Shown: positions 37,451-47,962 of the stretch, piece by piece | How positions within the stretch are numbered: position 1 is the stretch's first letter | Layout: each line of letters begins with the position of its first letter | Assembly (NCBI GenBank): GCA_963665115.1 | Contig: OY762007.1 | Coordinates: 4,736,001-4,800,000, forward strand | Origin: an uncultured Rivularia sp. | Lineage (GTDB): Bacteria; Cyanobacteriota; Cyanobacteriia; Cyanobacteriales; Nostocaceae | DNA length: 64,000 bases | Reading direction: 5' to 3' | The notes under the pieces: generated by a model | Databases searched by the model: none | Told to the model about the DNA's origin: nothing | What the model saw: the letters and a program-made list of their open reading frames with translations, nothing else | Position numbers and translations under genes: made by a program

Positions 37451-38158
37451 AGGTTCTGTATGTTTCTGAAATTGAAAAAGTCCATATTGAAGTAGGACTT
37501 GTTTTTCACTGGGTAGAGAATAAAATCTTCACCCATCTGAAATTTGATTAACCGCATTGACTCAAAAGAGTCTAAAAGGCGATAAGCAAAGCTTGATGCC
37601 TTCGGCATTACGCTCTAATTTGAACAGCTAGTCCAAATTATTTCAGATTATCAACAATTTACTATCAAGCAACTACATTTACAAATTACAGGTTATTCGT
37701 TTCTCGCATCATCTATCCAGGGGATCATAGATAATACTTTTTTTGGTATCTAGGAATACAGTTTATTTACCATTTTTCAGTTTGGTAACGGTATCTCCGA
37801 GCTTTTCTACTGTTTCCGAGGCTATTAGAAGAGCTAAAAAGAGGATTATAAAAAATAAGGATCGTTAACCTTTTCTCGTAGCTTATGAATCCAAAATGCT
37901 TTTCTTAAGTTGGTGAACAAAATAAAAATATTGGTTTTGCTGATTTGAAGTACAAATTGCATTTTGTGCATAACCAAAATTTGTGTAGAACGGGTTATGA
38001 GGGACTTCCCCCCAACAGTTATAAAAGAAATTAAAAAGCGCGGTATGTTTAAAAAGCGTATCTTTTAAAAAGATGTCATCTAGAAGTAGATGCTTACATA
38101 ATTAACTAAATTTACAATTTCAGTATGTATTATTCATAGTTCCAGTATTTCACGAAGT

Positions 38159-38346
38159 AAGAAGGAAGATGGAAGAAGGAAGATGAACCCACGTTTTTAA
38201 ACGTGGGATTGAAATAAGGACTTATTATTTCATAGCACTACGTGTCTCGAAATAAATATTTATTTTAAGTGGGCTTTAAACCCACAACTGAAGTTTTTAA
38301 TTATATTCATCCTTCTTCCTCCTTCCTTCTAACTCCTTCCTTCTTT
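38159..38346. repeat. Composite inverted-repeat element (GAAG-rich / CTTC-rich arms, internal hairpins)
   Basis: gaaggaagatggaagaagga... versus ...tccttcttcctccttccttc; hairpin cccacgttt-tt-aaacgtggg at 38188-38207. Confidence 0.45.
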
Positions 38347-38444
38347 GGTAACATTGAGATAAATCGCTGCCAAAATGGCATTACTTATGAAGTAAATTTA
38401 TGGTTAGATTGGTATGTAATATGCATCTACCAAATTAAATATTT

Positions 38445-39227
38445 ATGACATTTTCTCAGCAGGAAAGTTCTAAAGAGTATGCATCTCTTAGTAAAAAGGT
38501 ATACCAATACGTTAGCGATCGTAGTCTTCTTCAGTTGACTAGAGACATTTTTCAAAACGGTTTTCCTTTATTCCGTAGATTTGTAGCACTTTACTTTGAT
38601 AAAAATTTTGATAAAAAGTACAGTGTCGATACTTGCGGTTCTATTCATTTGCATGAACTAACAATACCAGATAAAGGCAATATCGAGTCTGCTTCTATAT
38701 ATGACCCAGCACCGGCTCAAACAGTTAGAAAGCTTTTTTCATATCTTCCCTCAGACTTGAATAACTATACCTTAATCGATTTCGGCTCGGGGAAAGGGCG
38801 AGTTATGTTCGTTGGGGCAGAGTATCCTTTCCGTAAAATTGTTGGTGTAGAGTTTGCTAGCGATTTACATGAAGTTGCAGTTGATAATATTAAGAATTAC
38901 AGAAACTCTAAACAAAAGTGTTCTGAGATAGAGTCTGTTTGCGCTGACGCTGCAAACTATGAGATACCAGAAGATAATTGCATTTTTTATTTTTTCGCTC
39001 CTTTTAAACAAGACGTTTTACAATCAGTAATCGAAAATATAAAACAGTCTTACCAAAAAGCTCCTAGAAGTATGTGGATTTTGTATATTACAGATCCCGT
39101 AACCCATCCTACAGCTTTCGAGATAATCAGAAATTCTGGAATATTTACCCAAGTACGCGCAGAATATTTCCCGTTTGAAATCGCCCAACGCGATAAGCTG
39201 TATTACGAGATATACAAAACTGATTAA
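38445..39227 (+). CDS. Class I SAM-dependent methyltransferase
   Basis: LIDFGSGKGR, IVGVEF, CADAA motifs. Confidence 0.85.
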   Translation: MTFSQQESSKEYASLSKKVYQYVSDRSLLQLTRDIFQNGFPLFRRFVALYFDKNFDKKYSVDTCGSIHLHELTIPDKGNIESASIYDPAPAQTVRKLFSYLPSDLNNYTLIDFGSGKGRVMFVGAEYPFRKIVGVEFASDLHEVAVDNIKNYRNSKQKCSEIESVCADAANYEIPEDNCIFYFFAPFKQDVLQSVIENIKQSYQKAPRSMWILYITDPVTHPTAFEIIRNSGIFTQVRAEYFPFEIAQRDKLYYEIYKTD

Positions 39228-39371
39228 CAATTCGTTTTGCTAGCTTGCTGAATAATTAACACATAGTTGTACCACATATAAAATGTATAGTGCTGGGTTT
39301 ATTTCCTCAACCCAGCACAAGATTATTAGATTATTTTAGAGCGAGAGGGAAATAATCTAGCGGGACAAAAA

Positions 39372-39570
39372 TCACCAACCTTTTCCCTTCAACCTCAACT
39401 CACTAACATTCAACAAAAACCTACTTACAGCGGAATACTCTACATTTTCCACACGATTCCGCACTGCTTGTAAAGATATGGGATTAACTAGAAAAAATAC
39501 AGGTAATTGTTCGGCTACTACTTGCTGAAATTCAGCGTGAATCTGCTTCCGCTTGCTTTCATCAGCTTGT
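39372..39570 (-). pseudogene. 3' fragment of a peptide ABC-transporter substrate-binding protein gene
   Basis: DESKRKQIHAEFQQVVAEQLPVFFLVNPISLQAVRNRV matches the family-5 SBP C-terminus; no upstream gene body. Confidence 0.65.
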
Positions 39571-39574
39571 TTAG

Positions 39575-39770
39575 ATTTGGAACCTTTAAACATATGAAAC
39601 GAACCATTACTAGTCATTGTTCGCTGTGTGAGGCATTCAGCCTTCACCGCAGGTGCGGCTCATCCCGACACCCTGCGGTTGCGTCGTTTCACTTTGCTCG
39701 TATATAAAATTATTCAAGGGTTTTAGTATGTTATGACGGACTGTAGCATTCGACTACGCACTCGCCGCAC
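39575..39770 (-). mobile_element. Probable 5' fragment (domain I) of a group II intron
   Basis: Minus strand starts GTGCGGCG; hairpin accgcagg...cctgcggt; GNRA-capped gacta-GTAA-tggtt; no RT ORF or domain V seen. Confidence 0.5.
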
Positions 39771-39804
39771 CTAGAGTTAACGTTTGTTGCCCAATGCCCA
39801 ATTC

Positions 39805-41993
39805 TCATACCTTCACCGCATCAATTGTTGTAATTTTTTCTTCTGGGTATTCTTCTCGGAAGTAGTAATTGATATGACGTTCGTTTTTGGGCACGACTCC
39901 ATTAACAACTTGCCCTAATACTTTCTGACCGGACTTTTCTAGCATTTCACAAGCAAAAGCAGCGTTGACAGAATCTACGACTCCAGGACGTACTACTAAT
40001 AACACGCCGTCAGCCATTTGACCTAAAGTTGCAGCGTCTGCGGCAAGGTTTAATGAAGGTGCGTCAATAATTACGTAGTCGTAATATGACCTAAAACTCT
40101 CAATTAATGAAGCCATACGCTTGGAATCTAATAAGGATGCGGGGGAAGGAGGTACTGCGCCACAAGTCAATACGTCTAAATTATCCATCCCTTTCTTGAT
40201 GGCTGCCATCACCTCTACCTGTCCCCCACAATCACGTTGCTCAGACCTTGGGCGTTGGGTAGTTCCCATATATGATGTTGGAATGGACGGTGTAAGTCTC
40301 CATCTATAAGTAATACTCTACGTTCCATTTGCGCCATCGAAGTAGCTAAATTAGCAGCCACAGTCGATTTACCTTCTTGAGGTACGGAACTAGTAACAAC
40401 AATAACTTTTAATTCTTTGTCCGCGCTCATAAATTTTAAGTTAGCTCGCAGCATCCGGAATGCTTCGCTGATGGGGGAACGAGGAGCATCGCGCACCATT
40501 AATGTGGGATATACGGCTTCTGAATCCTGCTTTCCTAGAATTGACTTTTTCGGCTTACTAAAGTCGGGGATGACTCCTAGTAAAGTTAATCCAGTTAATT
40601 CCTTAGCTTCTTCTATAGTTTTGATAGATTTATCTTGTGATTCCAAAAGATACATCGTTGCCAAGGAAACCAACATTCCTAACAAGCTGGCTGATAAATA
40701 ATTAATTAATGGAGAAGAAACTGGTTCTTGAGGAACTAAAGCTTCAGAAACTCTACTGGCATTGCCAATATTCTGATTTTCTGCAATGCTAGTTTCTTGT
40801 AATTTCTTCAATAGCAGCGAATAAGTTGACTGAGCAGCTTCTACCTTACGTTCTAACTCGCGCTGTTGTTGCTCTAGTTTTGGCAGATTTTCCAGCCTTT
40901 GTTTGTAAGATGTTTGCAACTCCGATAAAACTGCTAGTTGATTAGTTAATCCTAAAGAGGTAGATTCTAGATTTACTAATTCTCCAGCGAGCTGTTGTTT
41001 TAATTCTCCTTCTTGCAATCTACTATCCAGTTGCCCTGCATTAGTTCCCACCGTTCGACGAATTCTATTTTGCAGCAAGTTTCTCAAAGCATTATATTTG
41101 CTCTCCAAAGCTAGTATCTCTGGATGAGTATTAGTAAGAACTGTACGTCTTGATGCTAGCTGAGCTTCAACCTGCTGAACTTCTTTTAAAATATCTTGTA
41201 CCCCAGCAGCTTGATTCAAAGAAGTCATCTGCAACGCTTGCTGAGAGTTAACATCTAACTGCTTGCGAATTTGTTGACTCCGAGCGCTAATATCGGCTAA
41301 CCTAATCCTTATCTCCCCAACTTGGTTCTGTAAATTACCCAGTACTTGTAACGATTGACTTGCTTCTTCCTGCAAAGCATATACTTTGTTCTTTTCCCTG
41401 AACCTAGCTAGTTGTGCTTCTGCTTTACTTACAACTGCTTCGGCTTTGGGAAGCTGCGTTTCTATAAATTCCCTAGCTGATGTTGCAGCTTTCCTACGAG
41501 AAGATACGTTATGTTCCAAGTAAGCTGCCATTAAAGTATTAACCACTTTTGCAGCTTTCTGAGGTTCTGAATCTTTATAGCTGACTGTTAAAACGTCCGT
41601 TTTCTTTATGTCGCTTACCGTTAATTTTTCGAGAAAGTCTTCATAGTCTAGAAGAGTTCCATCTTCATCTTGAAGATTGAGTTGTCTTATAGTCTTTTGT
41701 ACCACTGGAACAGAACGTATTATTTCAGCTTCCGTTTGCAATGGATTCGATGTATTATCCTGGGCAACTGATTCTAATTTACCAATATTGGTGCCAAACT
41801 CTGTTAAAGAAGAAGTGGCATTTGTTCTTTGAAACTGTAATTTGCCTTCCGCAACAAAAATAGGCTTTTTCAAAGAAGAAGATAATAGCGATAGTAAGAA
41901 TACTGGAAAAAATGCCGCTAAACCTGGTACCCAGCGACGTTTAAGAACTTGCCAATATTTATCAAGCGATAAGCTAGATTCTTGAGATTCCAT
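39805..41993 (-). CDS. wzc: Polysaccharide co-polymerase/tyrosine kinase (Wzc/GumC), frameshifted at 40223-40227
   Basis: LKRRW, coiled coil, SEAFRMLRANL, Walker A PQEGKST, IDGDLHRP, YDYVIIDAP; the two ORFs join at a C5 run. Confidence 0.85.
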
Positions 41994-42233
41994 AAATAAT
42001 ATTCTATTTTTACTTTATTTTTAAGTTTTGACCGACCAATAGATAATTTAGAAAGCAAATAGATTGATTGTCTCGATGACAGCAGATTCCAATCGCCTGT
42101 AAATGCAAATAATTTAATTTATACCAGAATTTATACCAGACTAGATATAGTAACCCAGACAAGCGTTATTCTTTGTCTATAAAAATATAATATATGATAT
42201 ATGGATTCTTAGTTGAATTTACTCATATACTAC

Positions 42234-43396
42234 TCACACTAGAGATAAGCTACTCCGAGAATTCACCTTACGATAAACCTTCTTAAATTCTTCAATAACT
42301 CTTTCTAAATCCTCTTCTGCAAGATTAGAACCTGAAGGTAAACATAATCCCCGCTTAAATAGATCTTCTGCTACCTCGCCACCAATACTTTCGCATTCGG
42401 CAAATACCGGCTGCATATGCAGTGGCTTCCATACCGGACGAGATTCTATTTTCCTTTCTGCTAACCCAAGACGTATTTCCTCTCTATCCGTGCCAAAGGC
42501 TTGGGGATTAACTGTTAAACAAGTTAACCAACGAGTAGCGCGTCCAAATTCGGCTTCCGGCATGAATTCAATTCCGGGAATATCGCCTAAAGCTTTCTCG
42601 TAAATTTCAAAGTTACGTCTTCTGGCTTCTACTCGCTCTTTCAAAACCTGTAACTGTCCTCTACCAATGCCAGCTAAAACGTTACTCAGGCGGTAATTAT
42701 AGCCAATCTGCGAATGCTGATAGTGAGGAGCGGGATCTCTGGCTTGAGTTGCCAGAAAACGAGCTTTTTTAACTAACATTTCATCATCCGAAACTAACAT
42801 CCCACCACCAGAAGTAGTGATAATTTTGTTACCGTTGAATGAGTAAATTCCGATAGTGCCAAAGGTGCCAGGACAGCGCCCTTTATAACTAGCTCCTAAC
42901 GCTTCAGCAGCATCTTCGATTAATGGAACATCATACTTTTGACAAACTTCCACAATCGGATCGATATCGGCACATTGTCCATAAAGATGCACTAACAATA
43001 CTGCTTTGGGCAATTTACCGATTTTGGCACGCTTTTCCATCGCTTCGCGTAACAGTTCCGGATTCATATTCCAAGAAGTGCGATCGCTATCGATGAAAAC
43101 TGGCTTTGCACCTTGATAGATAATCGGATTGGCGCTAGCGATAAATGTTAAAGTCGAGCAAAAGATTTCGTCTCCACGCCCAACATCAAGCAATCGCAAA
43201 GCCAAATGAATTGCAGCAGTACCAGAACTTACCGCAGCTGCATAACCCGCACCAGTAGAAAGGCAAAATTCTTCTTCAAAAGCATCTACATGAGGGCCCC
43301 CACAGGGGCTATCCAATTAGTCTCAAAAGCTTCTGTGACGAACTTTAATTCTTGTTCACCCATGTGGGGTGTGGAAAGTAGAATTTGTTTTGTCAT
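42234..43396 (-). CDS. DegT/DnrJ/EryC1-family sugar aminotransferase (PglE-like), frameshifted at 43294-43301
   Basis: True start ATG 43396 (MTKQILLSTPHMG...WIAPVG); SSGTAAIH, IEDAAEALG, SFNGNKIITTSGGG, GYNYRLSN. Confidence 0.9.
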
Positions 43397-44484
43397 TTTA
43401 ATGGTGCTTGAGGTGAGCGATATGCGGGGAAAAACTTAGAGTTAAGCAAGTCTTCTACAGGAACATCTAAAGATTTTGCTTTCATTTCCACAAGATAACG
43501 ATATTTTTGTTCATCGACTATCAGTCTTAGGGTATAAAAGCTATGTCTTAACTTGGAAAATCCGGCTTTAAAATTATAAACTGGGTCTTTTGAAGCACCA
43601 ACTCCTCCACCCAAATGCAGGAATTGATTTCCACGCTGATGCGCCCAATATCGAGCGCAATCAGTTTCCAAACTACTTGGAGATAAATCTACAAATTTGT
43701 CTTTAGTTCCACCCAATGTGCTTTGCACTATACCGCAGACTTCCGTGTATAATCCTGCACAAGCTACTTCGTTTTCATATTCAACAATACAAAGATGCAG
43801 TTTATCGCCTAAAGCTGTTCGCATCTCTTCGTAGTATGTTAGATCGAAGGAATAGTATCTATCTGCTGCTTCTACCCTTCCCATTGTTTCTTGATAGATC
43901 GCAGTAAACTCATCTAAATTTTCGTCAATAGGAACGAATTTTGCTTCCATTCCCAAACGTTTGCACTTGTTAATTGTGCTTTTATGTCCTTTTCTTGTAT
44001 GAGACCATAATTGAGCTTCGGGAATTCTTAAATCGACGGAAACTGTTTCTCCATTTTCCGTAAATAATCCTGGCTCAAAAATTTCGTTAAAGTTTTCATT
44101 GAGTATGGGATGCATTCTAAAAAACGCCGAGCATACACCTTTGTTAGCTAATACCTGTTTAAATTCAGCCATTGCAGCATCGGGGAAACCGGGTGTATTT
44201 GCTGCTGCTTCGTTTAATAAAATCCCCGGATAACCGTAGGGAGATTTAACATCAAATACTTCTTCTAAAATCGATCCCGAATCTACGACGTTTTCGCACT
44301 TTGATATCAGATAAGGAGCAAAAAATATCTTATCTCCATCGGTAATTAAAATCGCTTCCGGTATTTGTTTATTCCGACTGGCTTCTAAAGATATATAATC
44401 TGGCAATTGATAAACATCATGTTTGACTTTATCTAAAGTTTCCATCCATAAAGGATTGGATAAATCTATGATTTGAGTATTCAT
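43393..44484 (-). CDS. GNAT/FemAB-like acyltransferase
   Basis: SPYGYPG, FFRMHP, FTAIYQETM, LHLGGG...YNFKAGFS; ATGA overlap with the aminotransferase. Confidence 0.8.
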   Translation of the reverse strand: MNTQIIDLSNPLWMETLDKVKHDVYQLPDYISLEASRNKQIPEAILITDGDKIFFAPYLISKCENVVDSGSILEEVFDVKSPYGYPGILLNEAAANTPGFPDAAMAEFKQVLANKGVCSAFFRMHPILNENFNEIFEPGLFTENGETVSVDLRIPEAQLWSHTRKGHKSTINKCKRLGMEAKFVPIDENLDEFTAIYQETMGRVEAADRYYSFDLTYYEEMRTALGDKLHLCIVEYENEVACAGLYTEVCGIVQSTLGGTKDKFVDLSPSSLETDCARYWAHQRGNQFLHLGGGVGASKDPVYNFKAGFSKLRHSFYTLRLIVDEQKYRYLVEMKAKSLDVPVEDLLNSKFFPAYRSPQAPLK

Positions 44485-44517
44485 GATTTTTTCTCAAGGT
44501 GATTTTTTCATTAAAAA

Positions 44518-44630
44518 GGGAACGGGGAGTAGGGAGTAGGGAGTAGGGAGTAGAAAGTAGAGAGTAGGGAATAGGGAGTAGGGAGTAGAAAGTAGGGAGT
44601 AGAAAGTAGAGAGTAGGAAATAGAAAACGG
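44518..44630 (+). repeat. STRR heptamer array (GGGAGTA/GAAAGTA)n
   Basis: Long 7-nt periodic purine tract between the phyH-like and GNAT genes. Confidence 0.85.
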
Positions 44631-44682
44631 GGTTGGGGGAATCACCCGTACGTTATTTTTAATTTTTAATTTTTAATTGAGA

Positions 44683-45564
44683 TTATTCCGACCATAAGGT
44701 AGGAAATATTGCCGGATCGGTATAATCTGGAAGTCCATTTGGTGATTTTCGGCACAGAGTATCAAGATAGTGATGAATCTGTTTTCCTTGGGCATTGCAA
44801 TAAGGCTGATAGCGATTTTCAAAATTCTGCATATGCACTGCCATTGCTAAGCGATAAGAATCGCTACGGTTGGGATAACTTCCATGAATCGCCCAGGTAT
44901 TATGAAAACTCATCTGCCCCTTTTCCATAACCATAGGTACTTCGATGATTTCTCGCCCTTGTTTAGTAAATTCCTTTGCCGTCTCTCGAAGATTTGGTTG
45001 GTTAAAGCACCGTAAGTGGTCGTTCCCAGACCATTTATTGCTACCATCGATAACTACTAACGGCGCTCTATCTACATCGGAATCATGGAAAGGTATCCAG
45101 GCCGCCAGCAACTTTTCCGAAGTACAGTTAGAGCAGTAAGCGCGATCGGTATGCCAACCAACTACACCTTTTTTATCCGAGCTACTGGGTGCTTTATAAA
45201 CGAGTTGGTCTTCAAAAAGCCGAATGCTTTTACTTCTTGTCAGCTTGGCTGCGATCGCTCCGATAATTGGTTGGAGTGCGAACTTTCTTAATACATTATT
45301 TTGTAATGTGGTAAATTCGTTGTTGCGAATTTCATCGCCATCGCCCGGTTTCCAGTTGCCATAACCTGTATCGGTAGGCAGAGTTGCATCTCTTTCTCCT
45401 TGATAGAATCTGAAACTAGCTTCAATCGCTTCATCAATCAGTTCTTCGGGGATAACTTTTTTCGAGATATACCAGCCGTGTTCCTCATAGAATGCGACAT
45501 CTTTCTCAGTGGGTAAGAGTTCTAACTGTTCCCGCGTTATATGCACTGTTGAAATCTGGCTCAT
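44683..45564 (-). CDS. Phytanoyl-CoA dioxygenase (PhyH)-family Fe/2OG oxygenase
   Basis: FYEEHGW, DQLVYK, GWHTD (HxD), AWIP, IHGSYPNRS...R. Confidence 0.85.
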   Translation of the reverse strand: MSQISTVHITREQLELLPTEKDVAFYEEHGWYISKKVIPEELIDEAIEASFRFYQGERDATLPTDTGYGNWKPGDGDEIRNNEFTTLQNNVLRKFALQPIIGAIAAKLTRSKSIRLFEDQLVYKAPSSSDKKGVVGWHTDRAYCSNCTSEKLLAAWIPFHDSDVDRAPLVVIDGSNKWSGNDHLRCFNQPNLRETAKEFTKQGREIIEVPMVMEKGQMSFHNTWAIHGSYPNRSDSYRLAMAVHMQNFENRYQPYCNAQGKQIHHYLDTLCRKSPNGLPDYTDPAIFPTLWSE

Positions 45565-46233
45565 CTAAGAAAGCTCCATAACTTTTTGTTTGTCTTGAAT
45601 TTTCCCTAAGAATTCTGAAGATGAAACCTGTCCTTCTTCATCGATGCCCTCTTTTCGCAAGACTTTAACAAATGTCATCACAAGAATTTTCAGGTCAAGC
45701 CATAAACTCCAATTATCGATATACCAAACGTCCAGTTGAAATTTTTCTTCCCAGGTAATCGCATTGCGACCTTTTACTTGCGCTAATCCCGTGATACCCG
45801 GTTTGACTTCATGACGACGCGCTTGTTGAGAACTGTAGCGTTCCAAATATCTTACTAATAAAGGACGCGGACCCACCAAACTCATATCTCCTTTAAGAAT
45901 GTTCCACAACTGTGGAATTTCATCCAAACTGCTTTCTCGTAGAAATTCACCAAAAGCAGTCAAACGCTGTTCGTCATCTAATAAATTACCCTTTGCATCG
46001 CGCTCATCCGTCATGGTACGAAACTTGTAGAATCGAAAAATCTTTCCATCCTTACCAGGACGAGGCTGACTGAAAATCAACGGACTACCCATACGAAAAT
46101 AAATTGCGATCGCCACTATTAATATCAGAGGAGAAAACATTAATAGAGCGATCGCTGCGAAAACTCTATCTAATAAGGATTTGATGAGGCGACTATTTTT
46201 ACTACGCTCACCCTGTAACTCTTGAGCAATCAT
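45565..46233 (-). CDS. Initiating phosphoglycosyl transferase (PglC-like sugar transferase)
   Basis: KFRTM, SLDEIPQLWNILKGDMSLVGPRP, KPGITGLAQV. Confidence 0.92.
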   Translation of the reverse strand: MIAQELQGERSKNSRLIKSLLDRVFAAIALLMFSPLILIVAIAIYFRMGSPLIFSQPRPGKDGKIFRFYKFRTMTDERDAKGNLLDDEQRLTAFGEFLRESSLDEIPQLWNILKGDMSLVGPRPLLVRYLERYSSQQARRHEVKPGITGLAQVKGRNAITWEEKFQLDVWYIDNWSLWLDLKILVMTFVKVLRKEGIDEEGQVSSSEFLGKIQDKQKVMELS

Positions 46234-46708
46234 TCAATATATCCCTTTACTTCAGATGTAATTCAAAACTTTTTGCCGCAATTAACTAATAAACCTTTCT
46301 AATAACTACATCGGAATCAAACTGAATAAACTCCAATAAGTTACTATGCATTACAAATAGGCACGCACATAAAACAGGAAAAGCATTACTTCGTTGGCTT
46401 TCCTTATTCTGGAAGGTGTTTGTTTACCTTTGTGTTACTGTTAGATATGGATAATTACGTAATTAAAATTGAAAATTAAATCTTCAATCCATGATAAATA
46501 TAACTAAACGGGGTTGATTTTTGTTGCCAATTTGGCAGTAATTTGTTGATAACTGGTTTATTATTCCTCGCCAAACATCCAAAAAGTTTTTTTAAGATAC
46601 ATCCCAGGTATAACTGTATTTCGGTATTAAACGATAAGCCAGTAATAGTGAATCAATTCTTTTACTGCTTTCAATACTTAAAAATAATGGTATTCGCTGT
46701 TTGATAAA

Positions 46709-47899
46709 TTACTTACAAATATGACTTTTTTCGTAGCTTCGAGATGAGTCAACTTGCAATCCTTTATAATATTTTGTAAGTCTATGAAAAACCAATTCTT
46801 CGCTATATTCAGCTTCTACACGTTCGCGACTTGCTTTGCCGTAATCTTGTCGTAATTTGGGATTAGAAACTAGCATTCGTAAAGCTTCGGCGAGCTTCAT
46901 ACTATTTTGAGATGGTACGATAAAACCATTTTTTTCATTAACTACCGCTTCTCGACAACCGCGAACATCAGTAGCAACAATCGGTAAGCTCATTGCCATT
47001 GCTTCAACAATAGAGCGGGGTAATCCTTCATGCGAGAAAGTTGGGAGGGTAAAGATATCTAAAAGACCTAAAAGTTCTGGGATATCTTGACGTTCTCCTG
47101 TAAGGGTGACGTGTTTCTCAAGCCCGAGAGTTTTAATTCTTTGATTGAGTTCAATTTGAAAAGGTTCGGGGTCGGTGCTAAGTTGAGAACCAATGACTAC
47201 AACGTGTAAGTTAGGAAATTCACAAATTAACTCACCTGCAGCTTCAATTAGATACCCACTGCCTTTTTTACGGGTTATACGTCCAATTGTGCCAATAACA
47301 AAACTGTCATTAGGTATACCTAATGAATGACGTAATTGTGATTGTGATTCTGAATTCAATTGCGAACGTTTGAAACGTTCGATATCTACACCATTACCCA
47401 AGTAGGCTATTTTTTCAGGCTGACAAAGACCTATTTTCTTAGCAGTGGTAATATCTTCGTGATTTTGAGTCAGGATTAAATCTGTAATAGTAGCAGCATA
47501 TTTTTCGATATTAGAGTATAAAAAATATTGCCTTGGAGATGATAAATCGTGAAATGGAAAACCATGAGCAGTGTACACAATTGCTTTTACTCCTGCTAAT
47601 TTAGCTGCAATCCGTCCTAATACAGCAGCGATAGGAGTATGAACGTGAACTAGGTCGTAGTTATTTTCTCTGATAATTTTTATTAAACCAGAAATGCTTT
47701 TAAAATTGGGTACTGGAGAAACTTTCCGGTCAATTTGAACTCCATGTACTGTATATCCCCTATCTTGCAATCGTTGAGCATCTTCATCCCAAGAACAAGC
47801 TATGCCAACTTCAAACCCTTGGGATAACAAGTAATTAATTTGAGGTAGCAAAAGGATGGAAGCAGTGCCTCCAATTGCACAAATATGTAAGATTTTCAT
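46709..47899 (-). CDS. GT4 glycosyltransferase
   Basis: HVHTP, YTAHGF, EGLPRSIVEAMAM, ATDVRGCRE. Confidence 0.9.
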   Translation of the reverse strand: MKILHICAIGGTASILLLPQINYLLSQGFEVGIACSWDEDAQRLQDRGYTVHGVQIDRKVSPVPNFKSISGLIKIIRENNYDLVHVHTPIAAVLGRIAAKLAGVKAIVYTAHGFPFHDLSSPRQYFLYSNIEKYAATITDLILTQNHEDITTAKKIGLCQPEKIAYLGNGVDIERFKRSQLNSESQSQLRHSLGIPNDSFVIGTIGRITRKKGSGYLIEAAGELICEFPNLHVVVIGSQLSTDPEPFQIELNQRIKTLGLEKHVTLTGERQDIPELLGLLDIFTLPTFSHEGLPRSIVEAMAMSLPIVATDVRGCREAVVNEKNGFIVPSQNSMKLAEALRMLVSNPKLRQDYGKASRERVEAEYSEELVFHRLTKYYKGLQVDSSRSYEKSHICK

Positions 47900-47962
47900 T
47901 TTATTTTCCGATTAATCGGAACACTATATTCCGCGTGATTGCTACGTAAGTCCTAATAGTTT

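Noticed and set aside
39571..39707. ORF 39507-39707 and the N-terminus of ORF 39372-39647
   Set aside because: They read through the non-coding intron-like fragment and show no protein motifs.
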